Shown here in pieces: positions 37,617-50,894 of a stretch of DNA of 64,000 nt. The notes beneath the pieces are model-generated. The model ran no database searches, was not told the origin of the DNA, and saw only the letters and a list, made by a program, of their open reading frames with translations. The stretch is from Octopus sinensis. Taxonomy: Eukaryota. Where the stretch lies: the NCBI RefSeq assembly GCF_006345805.1, contig NC_043022.1, positions 18,476,001-18,540,000 on the forward strand. Direction: 5' to 3'. How positions within the stretch are numbered: position 1 is the stretch's first letter; each line of letters opens with the position of its first letter. Made by a program: the position numbers and the translations under genes.

Positions 37617-38005
37617 GGATAGGAAGGACTCCGTCGGTTACGACGATGAGGGTTCCGGTTGATCCGAATCAACGGAACAGCCTGCTCGTGAAATTAACGT
37701 GTAAGTGGCTGAGCACTCCACAGACACGTGTACCCTTAACGTAGTTCTCGGGGAGATTAAGCGTGACATAGAGAGTGACAAGGCCGGTCCCTTTGAAATA
37801 CAGGTACAACAGAAACAGGAAGTAAGAGTGAGAGAAAGTTGTGGTGAAAGAGTACAGCAGGGATCACCACCGTCCCCTGCCGGAGCCTCGTGGAGCTTTA
37901 GGTGTTTTCGCTCAATAAACACTCACAACGCCCGGTCTGGGAATCGAAACCACGATCCTATGACGGCGAGTCCGCTGCCCTAACCACTGGGCCATTGCGC
38001 CTCCA
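37617..38005 (-). mobile_element. SINE family C, full length
   Basis: Near-identical to 21961-22343; TSD cacaacaacaata at 37604-37616 and 38006-38018. Confidence 0.92.
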
Positions 38006-38440
38006 CACAACAACAATAACGATGACATCAACGCGACAACAACAAAAGTAGAAAATGGATATATTTCAATGGCGTCATTGTAGTCCCATGAGCCTCAGCT
38101 GACAGTTTCCGTGCAGTGTAAAAACAGTGTAAAAATACGCCATGTTGTTTTCTCAATGGAACAATTCACAGACGACGACTACTGGCAAAATAAATAAATA
38201 AATAAAATTTAAAAAAAACAAAAGAACAATATAGCTGTTGTTATTGTTGCAGTTGCTGTTTGCTACTGTTGTAGTTGTTGTTGCAGTTCCTGCTGCGGCT
38301 GTTGTGGTTGTGCTGTGTTTTCTTTTCGGTTTTGTGTCGAAAACGTCTCTGAAAACTGGATGACACTTGTTCGAATGTGCACGCACTGATACACACGTAC
38401 TGACACACACCACACACACACACACACACATACACACACA

Positions 38441-38472
<32 letters not shown>

Positions 38473-39104
38473 GCATGAATGTATGTGTGTGCAACGTATG
38501 TGGTATGTACGTGTGTTTGAGAGTATATATATGTATCTGGTATATACATAGATACAAATACGCAAAAGTAATGATCACCCAAGACTCTCCCCATCTTTCT
38601 CTTTCTCTCTCTCTCTCTCACTCTCTCTCTGGCTACATGTCTCAAGACATGAACACATATAATATACAAAATGTGTGCGTGTGTGCATACATACATACAG
38701 GAAACTGCACTTGAATATATCAGCATATGTCAAGTGTATTGATACATTTTGACATTACTTATGCACACATTGTATACATAATCACCCACCGGATATTCAT
38801 TTATACATACATGTATATTCGTCTGTATATCCATTTCTCTGTTCTTTGAAGGAATCGGCTGAGGTCTGACCAAGAGCGAAACTGGCCATGCCAAGTCTAA
38901 AACTGCCCATGGCAAGCATTTTACGGCTTATGGTGCTCCATCAATGTACGGAGATTCCACTGCCGAGTCCAGCGTAGTTGAAGTTTCCAAATTCTTGTCT
39001 GGTGACACTTTGGCGCATCACCAATAATCTTTAGGCTGTCTTTTGGAAATTAAGTCGAACCTGACCAACTTGTTCGAATGTATTTATTTACGTTTAAAGT
39101 AATA

Positions 39105-39324
39105 TTAGTTTCAAATTTAGGCACAAACCCAGCAGTTTTGGTGGCGGGGGGGGGGAGGAAATAAGAAGGTAATATCGAGCGTAGTGCTCAACTTGTACTT
39201 ATTTTTGTCGAATCCGAAAGGATGAAAGGCAAAGTCGACCCTTGAACTCAAAGCGTAACGACGGACGAAATGCTACTAAACACTTTGCTCAGCAAGCTAA
39301 CGATTCTGCCAGTTCACCGCCTTA
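39105..39324 (-). mobile_element. Diverged SINE A2 copy
   Basis: gtttcaaatttaggcacaa...ggcaaagtcgacc...ctgccagttcaccgcc. Confidence 0.75.
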
Positions 39325-39371
39325 CGGTGTTTTACGGTGTCACCGCATTGCAGTGTAATGTTAAGAGATCT

Positions 39372-39914
39372 CCGGGCGAAATGCTTAGCGGTATTTCGTC
39401 TGCCGTTACGTTGTGAGTTCAAATTCCGCCGAGGTTGACTTTGCCTTTCATCCTTTCGGGGTCGATAAATTAAGAACCAGTTACGCACTGGGGTCGATGT
39501 AATCGACTTAATACCTATGTCTGTCCTTGTTTGTCCCCTCTATATTTAGCCCCTTGTGGGTAATAAAGAAATAGGTATTTCATCTGCCGCTACGTTCTGA
39601 GTCACAAATTCCGCCGAGGTCGACTTTGCCTTTCATCCTTTCGGGGTCGATTAAATAAGTACCAGTTACGCACTGGGGTCGATATAATCGACTTAATCCG
39701 TTTGTCTGTTCTCGTTTGTCCCCTCTGCGTGTAGCCCCTTGTGGACAGTAAAGAAATAGGTATTTCGTCTGTCTTCACGTTCTGAGTTCGAATTCCAACG
39801 AGGTCGACGTTGCCTTTCATTCTTTTAAGTACCCTTTGCGTGCTGGAATCGATTTAATCGACTGGCCCTCTGCTCCAAAATTTCGGGCATTGTGCCTAGA
39901 GTAGAAAAGAATAG
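39372..39914 (+). mobile_element. SINE A chain A1-A1-A2 within one TSD
   Basis: Junction aaagaaataggtatttc near 39566 and 39751; TSD taagagatct at 39362-39371 and 39915-39924. Confidence 0.9.
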
Positions 39915-40157
39915 TAAGAGATCTAAAAACTCCGGAATTAATTCCACACGTGACTGATGACATGTGATGTGATATTTAATTGTTTATTTATTAATTTCGG
40001 TATCGCTAACAAAACTAAATTTGTTCCTAAAATGTTCACATTTTTTTAATGTTTTCTAATATTGTGAAATGTCTGTAAAACTCTACACTGGATAGTCAAC
40101 ATATTTGTGATGTTGCTCTCATCGAAACGCTGCATCCGAGAGCCAAAGAGAGGTGGG

Positions 40158-40460
40158 AAAGAAGAAGAAATGAGGAAGATGATGAAGAAATGAAGATGAT
40201 AAAGAAGATGATGAAAAAGAAGAGGATGATGAAGAAGATGATGAGAAGATGATGAAGAGGAAGGAGAAGATGAAGAGGAAGAGGATGAAGAGGAAGATGA
40301 TGAAGAGGAAGTAGATGATGAATATGATGAAGAGGAAGAGGATGAAAGTGATGAAGAGGAAGGAGATGATGAAGAAGATGATGAAGAAATGAAGAAGATG
40401 ATGAGGAAGGAGATGATAAAGAAGATGATGAAGAGGAAGGAGATGATGAAGAAGATGAAT
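40158..40460. repeat. Degenerate (GAA/GAT/GAG)n purine-rich repeat
   Basis: Directly visible; the triplet phase shifts several times. Confidence 0.9.
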
Positions 40461-40614
40461 AAATAAAAAGCCGAATAATAAGTACTAGACTTTAAAAAAT
40501 AATTACTGGTATCGATTTATTCGACTAAACCCTTCAAGACTGCATGCTCCAGCATGGTCGGAGTCTAATGACTGAAGCAAGTAAGAGATAAGTCATAAGC
40601 CTCTAGTACATACA

Positions 40615-40648
<34 letters not shown>

Positions 40649-41024
40649 CACACGTGTGTGTACGTAAATATATAGGTGTGTGTGTGTGTGTGTATGCATA
40701 CCTACATATATAAGTGTGTGTATGCTTAAATATATTTGCATACATATACATACATACTCATACCTACATGTGTGTGTTATCATCGTATGTACGCATATAT
40801 ATATAAATGTATATTTGTAAACGTATGCCTATGTGTGTGTGTGTATGTGTGCGTATATGTGTGCGCGCGCGCGTGCTTATGTATTCATTGCAAGTATTTG
40901 AGTGAAGCACTGTCTTGGAGTTGTACCAATTCCAGTAGATAGAACCGTTATCTCCACATAGTATCGCCATTATCCTACAAAAGGAGAATCGTATATAACT
41001 TCTTCTCCACCATTCGACATTAAG

Positions 41025-41056
<32 letters not shown>

Positions 41057-41328
41057 CTCATCCAAATGGATAAACAAAAACATTAGCACAAACAGATTCT
41101 TCTACTTTCCATTTCCGTTGTTGTTGTTGTTGTTGTTTTTTTATTATTGTAGCTATTATTATTACTATTATTATTATTATTATTATTATTTGGCTTTTCA
41201 GCCGTGTGTGGGTTGATTACCCTTTGTAATATGGCTGTGTGTGTGTATGTGTGTTTGTGAATATATATGTCTCTGTGTAAATAAATGTATATATGTATAT
41301 ATATATACACAAACACAGAGCAAATTAT

Positions 41329-41375
<47 letters not shown>

Positions 41376-41791
41376 CTCTATGTACTTCATCTAAAATTAG
41401 TTACGACCACATTATATACATCGTTCAATATACATACGTGACTAAATGTGCATGCATATATACACATACTCACACATATTTGTGTGTGTTGTGTGTATAT
41501 GTATATCTATCCATATATAATATATATATATTATATATATATATATATAATACTTTAAAAATGAGATTGGAGAATTCTACATCCTTAGAAACTTGTATAT
41601 TGCAGCATTATATACAATGCATTCACTTATATACAATACAATCAGTCCATCTTTTGTTTCTAATGCATAGATAACCTTACATGTGGCATTTGATAGCATT
41701 TTGTCGGTTCAATTGCGTTACAAGTTCATCTAGAGCATGTGGCATTTGATAGCATTTTGTCAGTTCAATTGCGTTACAAGTTCATCTAGAG

Positions 41792-42068
41792 CAGTGGTTC
41801 CCAAACTGTTTTGGGCTACCGGCCCCACCCCAACTAGCCATCACAAACATAGACCTTTTTCTGAAGCAAATTCAAAGCAACTATTTCCCAAATAAAACTT
41901 AACCTAATGAATCCATTATTTTGTTGTTTTTACATGAATAGCTACCTCATTATTGCCCAAATTTTTGCATGAATCGCTTCCCTATTATTGCCCCACTTCT
42001 CTTTAACGCCCTCTTGGAACTTTCCATCGCCCCCAAAGGGGCAATACCGTCCACTTTTAGAACCTCTG
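41792..42068. mobile_element. hAT (Charlie-like) MITE
   Basis: cagtggttcccaaa...tttagaacctctg; 8-bp TSD atctagag / atctatag fitting the Charlie NTCTAGAN preference. Confidence 0.85.
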
Positions 42069-42207
42069 ATCTATAGAATACTTACCTATGCAGCTTTATT
42101 CAAGGCGTTACCATACGGATTTTAGAAGCGAGCTGAATAGTTCAGTGCTTGACAGTCTTGTTCCAAGCATAGTTTAGGTGGAGATATGTCTGCTTAGTGA
42201 AGAAGGT

Positions 42208-42382
<175 letters not shown>

Positions 42383-42837
42383 AGTGAGAATTTACAAAAG
42401 AAAAAACAAAAGGACGAAGACGGGTGTGTAAACAACAAACAGATGTATTAGTTAACGCTCGGGAAGTGAGAAAGTCTTTTACATTTCGAGCCTACGCTCC
42501 TCGACAGAAAGGAACACAGAAAGAAACAGGGGGAGAACACAGAAAATAGAAAAATAGAAAAAGGTGTAGTGGCTAGCGATGCGTCAATGAAAACTGTATG
42601 AATGAAATATATGGGATGGATGGTAAAATACTTAGAAAATTGATAAAACAAAGTAACATTAAGTACTGGGGTTGAATGATATTCACTGACCTTTAGCCAA
42701 CCTCATGACCCGCGCGCACTCTCACACACACACACACACACATCACGTATAAGAGGGGAAGTTTTAAAAATGTATTAGTTCAACTCTTACACGGATCCTC
42801 TCTCTTTCTCTCTACTTCTCTGTTTCTCTTTGTATAT

Positions 42838-42873
<36 letters not shown>

Positions 42874-43028
42874 TTTCTATGTATTCTCCCGCAGCATTTT
42901 TTTTTCTTTTTTGTTACCATTCCAATCTAAAATATTATTGCAAGCACTGACCCTTATTTATAGTTGGTGTCTGATAAATATTATTTTAACTTCTGCAAGA
43001 AAATATCTCGTTCTTAACACAATACGCA

Positions 43029-43209
<181 letters not shown>

Positions 43210-43427
43210 CATTGAAGGGAAAAAGAAGAATAGAAAGAAAGTAGTAATGGGGAAGGGATTATAAAGTGGGTCTTCGAGATTCTCTGCTATTTAGTTTGGA
43301 TGTTTTTCAGTTTCTGTTTTTTCGCATTATGAATTCTTCAAATATCCGAAAGGAAAACACGTACATACACAGACATACACGTGCATAAATTCACATACAT
43401 ACATACATACATACATACATACACACA

Positions 43428-44334
43428 CAGAAAAGGGAAACTGTGTACAGTTGTGGAAATCAGCTGCCCAGCCGATGTTAACGCAAAGCTAAAGGTCAAC
43501 GAAAAAGAAAATACATTTGCCAAACTATTGAGGAATCTATAGCTACGCTATCCAGATTACAAGTTCAGGTTTATTATACCTGTAATTATTGGAGCACTGG
43601 GTTATGTAACGCACTACCTAAATACAAATCTTGAGAAATAAGGCTTCTCAAAACCAAAATGGAAAAGGCTGATTCGAAGACTACAAATCCAAGCCATCGC
43701 TAGAACTGTAAAAATCAGTAAAACTTACCAGAAGTTTATAAATTAAGTATATATTCAGAAGAGAATTAATGCATTCGAGCTTTGGTGTTGGAGAAGACTT
43801 TTACGGATTCCATGGACAGCGAGGCTCACCAATGGAGAAGTTCTTAATCAGATAAGGCCGAAAATGTCGCTAGAAGCTGGGATCACCAAGCATAGATTGG
43901 CATATTTCGGTCATATTATGCGAAGAAAATCCCTGGAGAAGGACATCATACTCGGAATGGTCAGTGGCAAGAGAGGAAGAGGCCGACCAAGAACCCGCTG
44001 GCTTGACACCATCAAGAGTGATACCGGAATGGACATAGCCAGTCTGAAAGAAGCGGCCCAGGATAGAACTGACTGGAGGACACTGATCCAACGAGTGACC
44101 GAGAGTCGACTTCGACTGAACGGTTAGAAGAAGAACTTGTCTAGACATGTAACTATATGCATAAGAATACATACATAAAACAAAACCTACAAACCTGCAC
44201 ATATACATACATACATACGTACATACAAATACACCCTGTTGATGTTGAAATTCCAATGAGGGAGCCTTAGATCTAGGTTAGAAACCGGCTCTTTCTCTAT
44301 TGGCAAGATATCTTGAAATAAAACTGAATAATGA
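43428..44334 (+). mobile_element. RLE-type LINE 3' end between (CATA)n tracts, interrupted by an RTE copy
   Basis: KLCTVVEISCPADVN..K..EK....LLRNL*..YPDYKF..IPVIIGALGYV...IRRLQIQAI...VKI*; putative 3' UTR resumes near 44135. Confidence 0.75.
43756..44135 (+). mobile_element. RTE/BovB-like LINE 3' end, copy 1
   Basis: KRINAFELWCWRRLLRIPWTAR...LAYFGHIMRR.SLEK.I.LG...GKRGRGRPRTRWLD...DR..WR...VTESR.RL*. Confidence 0.92.
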
Positions 44335-44349
44335 CATACATACATACTT

Positions 44350-44565
44350 ATTAGGTTGGAAAGAAAGTAAGTACTGACATGTTTCAAGATGGGAAAGAAA
44401 TGAATGGTTCTTTGGTTTTAATTGATATATTTTATCGAAGTTCTTTTACAGGGTTTAGAAAAACTGAAGGACCACTACAATAAGTATGTAGATCTGATAG
44501 GGGGATATGTTTAACAAAATAATAACTGATCTGCCTGTGTTTTCTTTTACCCAAAGCTAGAAACT
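44350..44565 (+). mobile_element. mariner deletion remnant
   Basis: Starts tattaggttgg; contains GLEKLKDHYNKYVDLIGGYV*, similar to mariner C-termini. Confidence 0.5.
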
Positions 44566-45012
44566 AATAGCAACATATGGATGCGAGATCTGGACACTAA
44601 AGAAAGATGACCAGAAGAGAATTAATGCATTCGAGCTTTGGTGTTGGAGAAGACTTTTACGGATCCCATGGACAGCGAGGCTCACCAATGGAGAAGTTCT
44701 TTAGCAGATCAGGCCGAAAATGTCGCTAGAAGCTGGGATCACCAAGCATAGATCGGCATATTTCGGTCATATTATGCGGAGAAAATCCCTGGAGAAGGAC
44801 GTCATGCTCGGAATGGTCAGTGGCAAGAGAGGAAGAGGCCGACCAAGAACCCGCTGGCTTGACACCATCAAAAGTGATACCGGAATGGCCACAGTCAATC
44901 TGAAAGAAGCGGCCCAGGATAGAACTGGCTGGAGAACACTGATCCAACGAGTAACCGAGAGTCGACTTCGACTGAACGGATAGGTAGGTAGGTAAGTAGG
45001 TAGGTAGGTAGG
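44566..45012 (+). mobile_element. RTE/BovB-like LINE 3' end, copy 2
   Basis: IATYGCEIWTLKKDDQKRINAFELWCWRR...; in-frame stop near 44702; (TAGG)n tail. Confidence 0.92.
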
Positions 45013-45094
45013 CAGGAAGACAGACAGACAGAAGACAGAAACTTTTCAGCATTCCCTCGTATATATATGCATATAAACATACGCATATAAATAT

Positions 45095-45310
45095 CCTTTC
45101 CACTAAAGACACAAGGCCAGAAATTTGGGTGGGGAGAGGACCAGTCGATTACATCAACCCCAATGTTTCACTGGTACTTAATTTATCGACCCCCGTAAGG
45201 ATGAAAGGCAAAGTTGACCTCGGCGGAATTTGAACCCAGAACGTAAAGACAGACGAAATGCCGCTAAGCACCCTTGCCTGGTGTGCTAACGATTCTGCCA
45301 GCTCGCCGCA
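45095..45310 (-). mobile_element. SINE A2 copy
   Basis: tcctttccactaaagacacaaggcc...gccagctcgccgc. Confidence 0.85.
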
Positions 45311-45673
45311 TTATTCACGCATATAAATATATACACACATATAAATATATACACACGCGTATAGATATATACTTAGGTGTGTGTGTGTCTACACACATAC
45401 ATACACATATATATGTATATGTACATGTATGTGTGAGCTTCTGTTTATCAAGGTGTGTCACTACAGGTATGAGAATGTATTTCTAGTGTAGATTTGTATT
45501 TTGTTTTTTCCCTGTTGATTTCTCGTTTAAAAACACTGCCTGTCACACATTTGGGTTAAGAGGCTAAGGTAAAAAAAAAACTTACACATTCCATATTATC
45601 GATTCCTAACATTCGTATTTTATCAAAACCAGGATGGAATCGCGTGGAGTAAGTTCACGCTACCGGTATTGAA

Positions 45674-46454
45674 GGCGGCGAGCTGGCAGAATCGTTAGCA
45701 CGCCGGGCGAAATGCTTAGCGGTATTTCGTCTGCGTTACGTTGTGAGTTTAAATTCCGCCGAGGTCGACTTTGCCTTTCATCCTTTCGGGGTCGATTAAA
45801 TAAGTACCAGTTACGCACTGGGGTCGATGTAATCGACTTAATATCTATGTCTGTCCTTGTTTGTCCCCTCTGTGTTTAGCCCCTTGTGAGTAGTAAAGAA
45901 ATAGGTATTTCGTCTGCCGTTACGTTCTGAGTTCAAATTCTGCCGAGGTCAACTTTGCCTTTCATCCTCTCGGGGTCGATAAATTAAGTACCAGTTACGC
46001 ACTGGGGTCGATGTAATCGACTTAATACCTATGTCTGTCCTGGTTTGTCCCCTCTGTGTTGAGCCCCTTGTGGGTAGTAAAGAAATAGGTATTTTGTCTG
46101 CCGTTACGTTCTGAGTTCAAATTCTGCCGATGTCGACTTTGCCTTACATCCTTTCGGGGTCGATAAACTAAGTACCAGTTACGCACTGGGGTCGATATAA
46201 TCGACTTAATCCGTTTGTCTGTCATTGTTTGTCCCCTCTGTGTTGAGCCCCTTGTGGGTAGTAAAGAAATAGGTATTTCGTCTGCCGTTACGTTCTGAGT
46301 TCAAATTCCGCCGAGGTCAATTTTGCCTTTCATCCTTTCGGGGTCGATTAAATAAGTACCAGTTACGCACTGGGGTCGATGTAATCGACTTAATACCTAT
46401 GTCTCTCCTTGTTTGTCCCCTCACGTTTAGCCCCTTGTGGGTAGTAAAGAAATA
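45674..46454 (+). mobile_element. SINE A chain: head plus four bodies, 184-bp period
   Basis: Units restart at 45904, 46088 and 46272; TSD ggtattgaa at 45665-45673 and 46455-46463. Confidence 0.95.
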
Positions 46455-46955
46455 GGTATTGAAACTCAAAATGTCAAAGGTCACAATAAAATGCTTTTCG
46501 TAGGCATTTTGTCCATGCTCCAGCGATTGCATTAATTAACGACCAGTGTCTGTTAATGTTTTATTTTAATGAGTTTAACATAAAAATTCTTCTATATAAG
46601 ATTTTTGTTCATGTCGTTATTGTAGCTACTGTATGTATGCGTGGACACACATACACACACACACACACACCGTATGGGTGTATAGTATATAATCTTCAGT
46701 GTGTAATATCAAACGCTCTATATTCTCTTCATTTTTATCATTTATTTGAATTTCAATTACTGAGAGAGTGATGAATATTTATTACATACATGTATAATAA
46801 GGCCATTATGGAAACATGTGTACAATGGGTATTTCAATAGATTCTTTTAAGTTGTAAATATTTCACGTATATATATATATGTGTGTGTGTGTGTGTTGTG
46901 TGTGTAGATGTTTGTTTTTGTGTCTAGTTACATACCAGGAAGATTACATATCTAC

Positions 46956-47054
<99 letters not shown>

Positions 47055-47074
47055 CTCTCTCTCTCTCTCTCTCT

Positions 47075-47112
<38 letters not shown>

Positions 47113-47731
47113 TATATATATATGTATATATTAGAAGAAATATATGTATATATATATTATATATATATCTGTGTTTGTGTGTAAGAGTCAATCTGTCATT
47201 TTATCTAGCGGTCTGTCTGTCTGTCTACATATATTGTTGTATCTGGCTGTCTATATACTTCTCACCCACTCTCTCTCTCCCCTTCTTTCAATGCGCGCGC
47301 GCACAATGTTTGTTTTTACTTCAAGTTATATATAAAAACAATTTAATATTCAACTACAGGATTATATATATATATATATATATACACTAGTGGTGATAAG
47401 GAGAAATTTTAGAATTTAGATAAAAGGCCACACACGCCCATTTACACCGTTTTACACCGTTTAAGATAAAGTCCGTCTGTCCACCCTGCCAAATTATAAT
47501 TTCCATTCATTCTATTCATTCTAAAACCGTTTTAGATAAAGAAATATCCTGCTATCCACCCCATTTATTCAAAACAATTTTCGTTGAAACTACTTTGGAA
47601 CTGATAAAGAAAGAAAAAAAGAAAGAAACAAATCTTGTATTTGGTTATTGACTAAATAGTTAAAAAAAATATGAAACGGGGAATGTTATTTGTCTGTGTA
47701 AATACAAAAAACACACATCACATCCATCCAT

Positions 47732-47770
<39 letters not shown>

Positions 47771-48071
47771 CACACACACACACAATATATGTATATGTGT
47801 GTGTATGTATGTATGAATGTGTGTGTAAATGTATGCATGAATACATGTACGTATGTATGTATCTTATCTAACCATCTCTCTAGGACCTATCTTTCTTTCA
47901 AAATATTTATCTGTCCATGAAACTAAATATCTGTCTTTGCACCTCTACGTTTGTGTGTGTGTGTAAGAAAAATATGGCAGTTGCTTTGTTTACAGTTGTT
48001 TATATATGTTTGTATGTATCTATCTTTTTGAATACGTATCTGTATGTATATATCGGTGTGTATGTGTGTGC

Positions 48072-48111
<40 letters not shown>

Positions 48112-48184
48112 GACGCATACGCACATGCTTGTATTTGTCTAGTAGCCTATCTTTGTATCTATCTATCTATCTATCTATTATCTA

Positions 48185-48284
48185 NNNNNNNNNNNNNNNN
48201 NNNNNNNNNNNNNNNNNNNNNNNNNNNNNNNNNNNNNNNNNNNNNNNNNNNNNNNNNNNNNNNNNNNNNNNNNNNNNNNNNNNN
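48185..48284. other. Scaffold gap (100 N)
   Basis: Run of N; true distance and contiguity across it are unknown. Confidence 1.
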
Positions 48285-49364
48285 TTTGGGGTAGTGGTGT
48301 TGGTTGCAGTGTTGATGGTAAAGTTCGTAGCATTAGAGACGTTGTTGTTGTTAGTGGTTTTGTTGCGTGCTGGTTACGGTGGAGTATAGGTCGTAGTAGA
48401 GGTAAGGTTCTGTTGTTACACCCTACCGCCTCTTAGGTCAACCCAGGTCAAATTATTCAAATATCAAATGCAATCCAGCCATGACTATCTTAACCTTTTG
48501 CCCAATGAAAGAAGCCTAGCTCCCCATTACCCAAAACAGTAGGCTGCTTGCAATTTGAGCGAAATTTAGCTATTGTTTCTAGCATACCGAATGAGTTTGT
48601 TGGATGACGGTGGTGGTGGTGGTTCTCAACAATGTGTCTATCCTTCTGGTTGGTTTTGGATAGTTATAAAAACAAGAACGCCGTAAGCCAAAGTGTGTGT
48701 ATGTGTGTGATACACACACATATATGCACGGCTTGTGTTTTCGTTTTAAAGACGTTTTACCAGTGACCTGAGGGAGATTTGGTTGTTATTTCTACTATTT
48801 TGAATGTCATTGTAGAGGCTTCCTCGTTGGCTTGTTGCCAATGCTGTTGTCGTTTGTCATATGTCTGTACTCCTCTTTGCTGACCTCTGGTCAATAATAT
48901 TCCAGCCAGGACTATCTCGTCATTAGGACTTCCTTGTGCAAATTGCTCTTCATCATTAAAACGGCAGCGCGTGATTCGAGGCAGATTTAGCTGTTATTTC
49001 TACCTCAGCGGTCACATTTAGTCTCACTACTCCTGTTACACATTTTATTCCTGCCGCTGCCTCTGTTGCTACAGTTATCATGGTTGCTATTGCTGTTCTC
49101 GTTTTCGTGTTGCACTTGCTCTTATCGTTGTTGCTTTTGAAGCAATTGCCGCTATTGTTACTGTTGCTATCATTGTTGTTGTTGTTGCTATTGCAGTCGG
49201 GATGCTTCCACCGATTTCTACACAGCATCGTAAAAACGAAACCAAAACTCAGAGACGTTATTTGCAGAGGGGAAAAAAAAAAACCCTATAAAACCGTATA
49301 ATAAAACTGTGCAAACAACGTGAAGGGTTTCTTATTAAAAAACAAAACAAAATCAATGAATGAA

Positions 49365-49395
<31 letters not shown>

Positions 49396-49661
49396 AAGAA
49401 GGGGAGATAATAAAGAAGGAGTTAGAAGTAAAGGATTCTTACCAAACGCACCGTGACAAACGATTCCATTCAGGGATCATGTCTGCTATATTAAATGAAA
49501 GAACCCAAAATGTCTATTTGAATTTCATCAAAATTTATTGGGTTTGGCGTAAAGAATTCGTTTTTTTTTTTTACTTTGATTATTCATTTTTTTTTTGTTT
49601 TTGTTTGGAGCTTTTTGTTTGTTTTTATTTTTGTTTTGTAATTCAATTCGGATGCCATTTT

Positions 49662-49698
<37 letters not shown>

Positions 49699-50251
49699 TT
49701 TAGTCTGGAGTTTTTGAGTTTTGACTTCTTTGTTTTAGAGTTTTTTTTATTTGAAATTGCTTATTCGTAATACCGTTGATGTTTTTGTTGTTGTTGTTAT
49801 CATCATCAATATCTTCAACATCATGATCATCTTCATCATCATCATCATCATCATAGCTACCATCATCGTCATCATAAATATCACGGCTTCCACTCTCATC
49901 ATCATCATCATTGTCATCACCACCGCTATCATCATCGCCGGTGATCATCATTATCATAATCATCATCATCATCACCATCATCCTCATCATTATGATCAAC
50001 ATCACCACCATCACCGTTACAATCATCATCTTCGTTATCGTTTGTCGTCGTCGTCGTCGTCATCATCATCATCATCATCATCATTTCGATCATCATTTTT
50101 TAATGCACGTTGTCTAAGTGTTTTTTATCAACGTATATTTCGAAGAAAAAGTATGTAATCGAAAGTGATGCTTAGATATACGTATGTGTGTATTTTATAC
50201 ACACACGTACACACACACAAATATATATACATATATATATATATATACACA

Positions 50252-50301
<50 letters not shown>

Positions 50302-50325
50302 CATATATATACTATATATATATAC

Positions 50326-50392
<67 letters not shown>

Positions 50393-50856
50393 GATATTGT
50401 ATAATTTAATATAATATAATGGGATAGAATTTAATTAATTACGTTTCGGGCTAATATTTACTTAAGCCGCCAATTTAGTGGAAAGAAATTAAAATTCAAC
50501 AGATAAAGAACAAAAATTATAAAATAATAATAAATGAATAGTAATAAATAAATAAATTAATTAACCAAATAGAAAAAAGAAAAGAAAAGAAAAGAAAAGC
50601 AAAGCTGCTCCCCAACACCCTGTCACTGGCAACCAACATAATAATAATAATAATAATGATAATAATAATAATGCTGATGATGACGATGCGTGTCGCCATG
50701 TTGCTACTTGAGTGCACATCCTATAATGTCTTGACGTTACATTTGCAACTGTTAATAAAAACGGTTTTGGTTTCAAAATACTCTCACGTCCGATTTATTT
50801 TATTTAATTCTTGAAAAAATTTTACTTTTGTTCTTAATTTATTTTAGGATTTAATA

Positions 50857-50894
<38 letters not shown>

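Noticed and set aside
38850-39030. Plus-strand exon after a pyrimidine tract
   Set aside because: Early stops in all frames from the acceptor and no recognisable homology.
40158-40460. Acidic D/E-rich protein segment
   Set aside because: The triplet phase shifts repeatedly and there is no start or splice context.
42086-42189. Minus-strand exon with cag| and |gtaagt
   Set aside because: Stops in all three frames; a non-coding exon cannot be supported from sequence alone.
45674-46454. CRISPR-like array
   Set aside because: Whole 184-bp units repeat with no unique spacers; eukaryotic context and no cas genes.
47917-48389. ORFs spanning the N run
   Set aside because: Artefacts of the scaffold gap.
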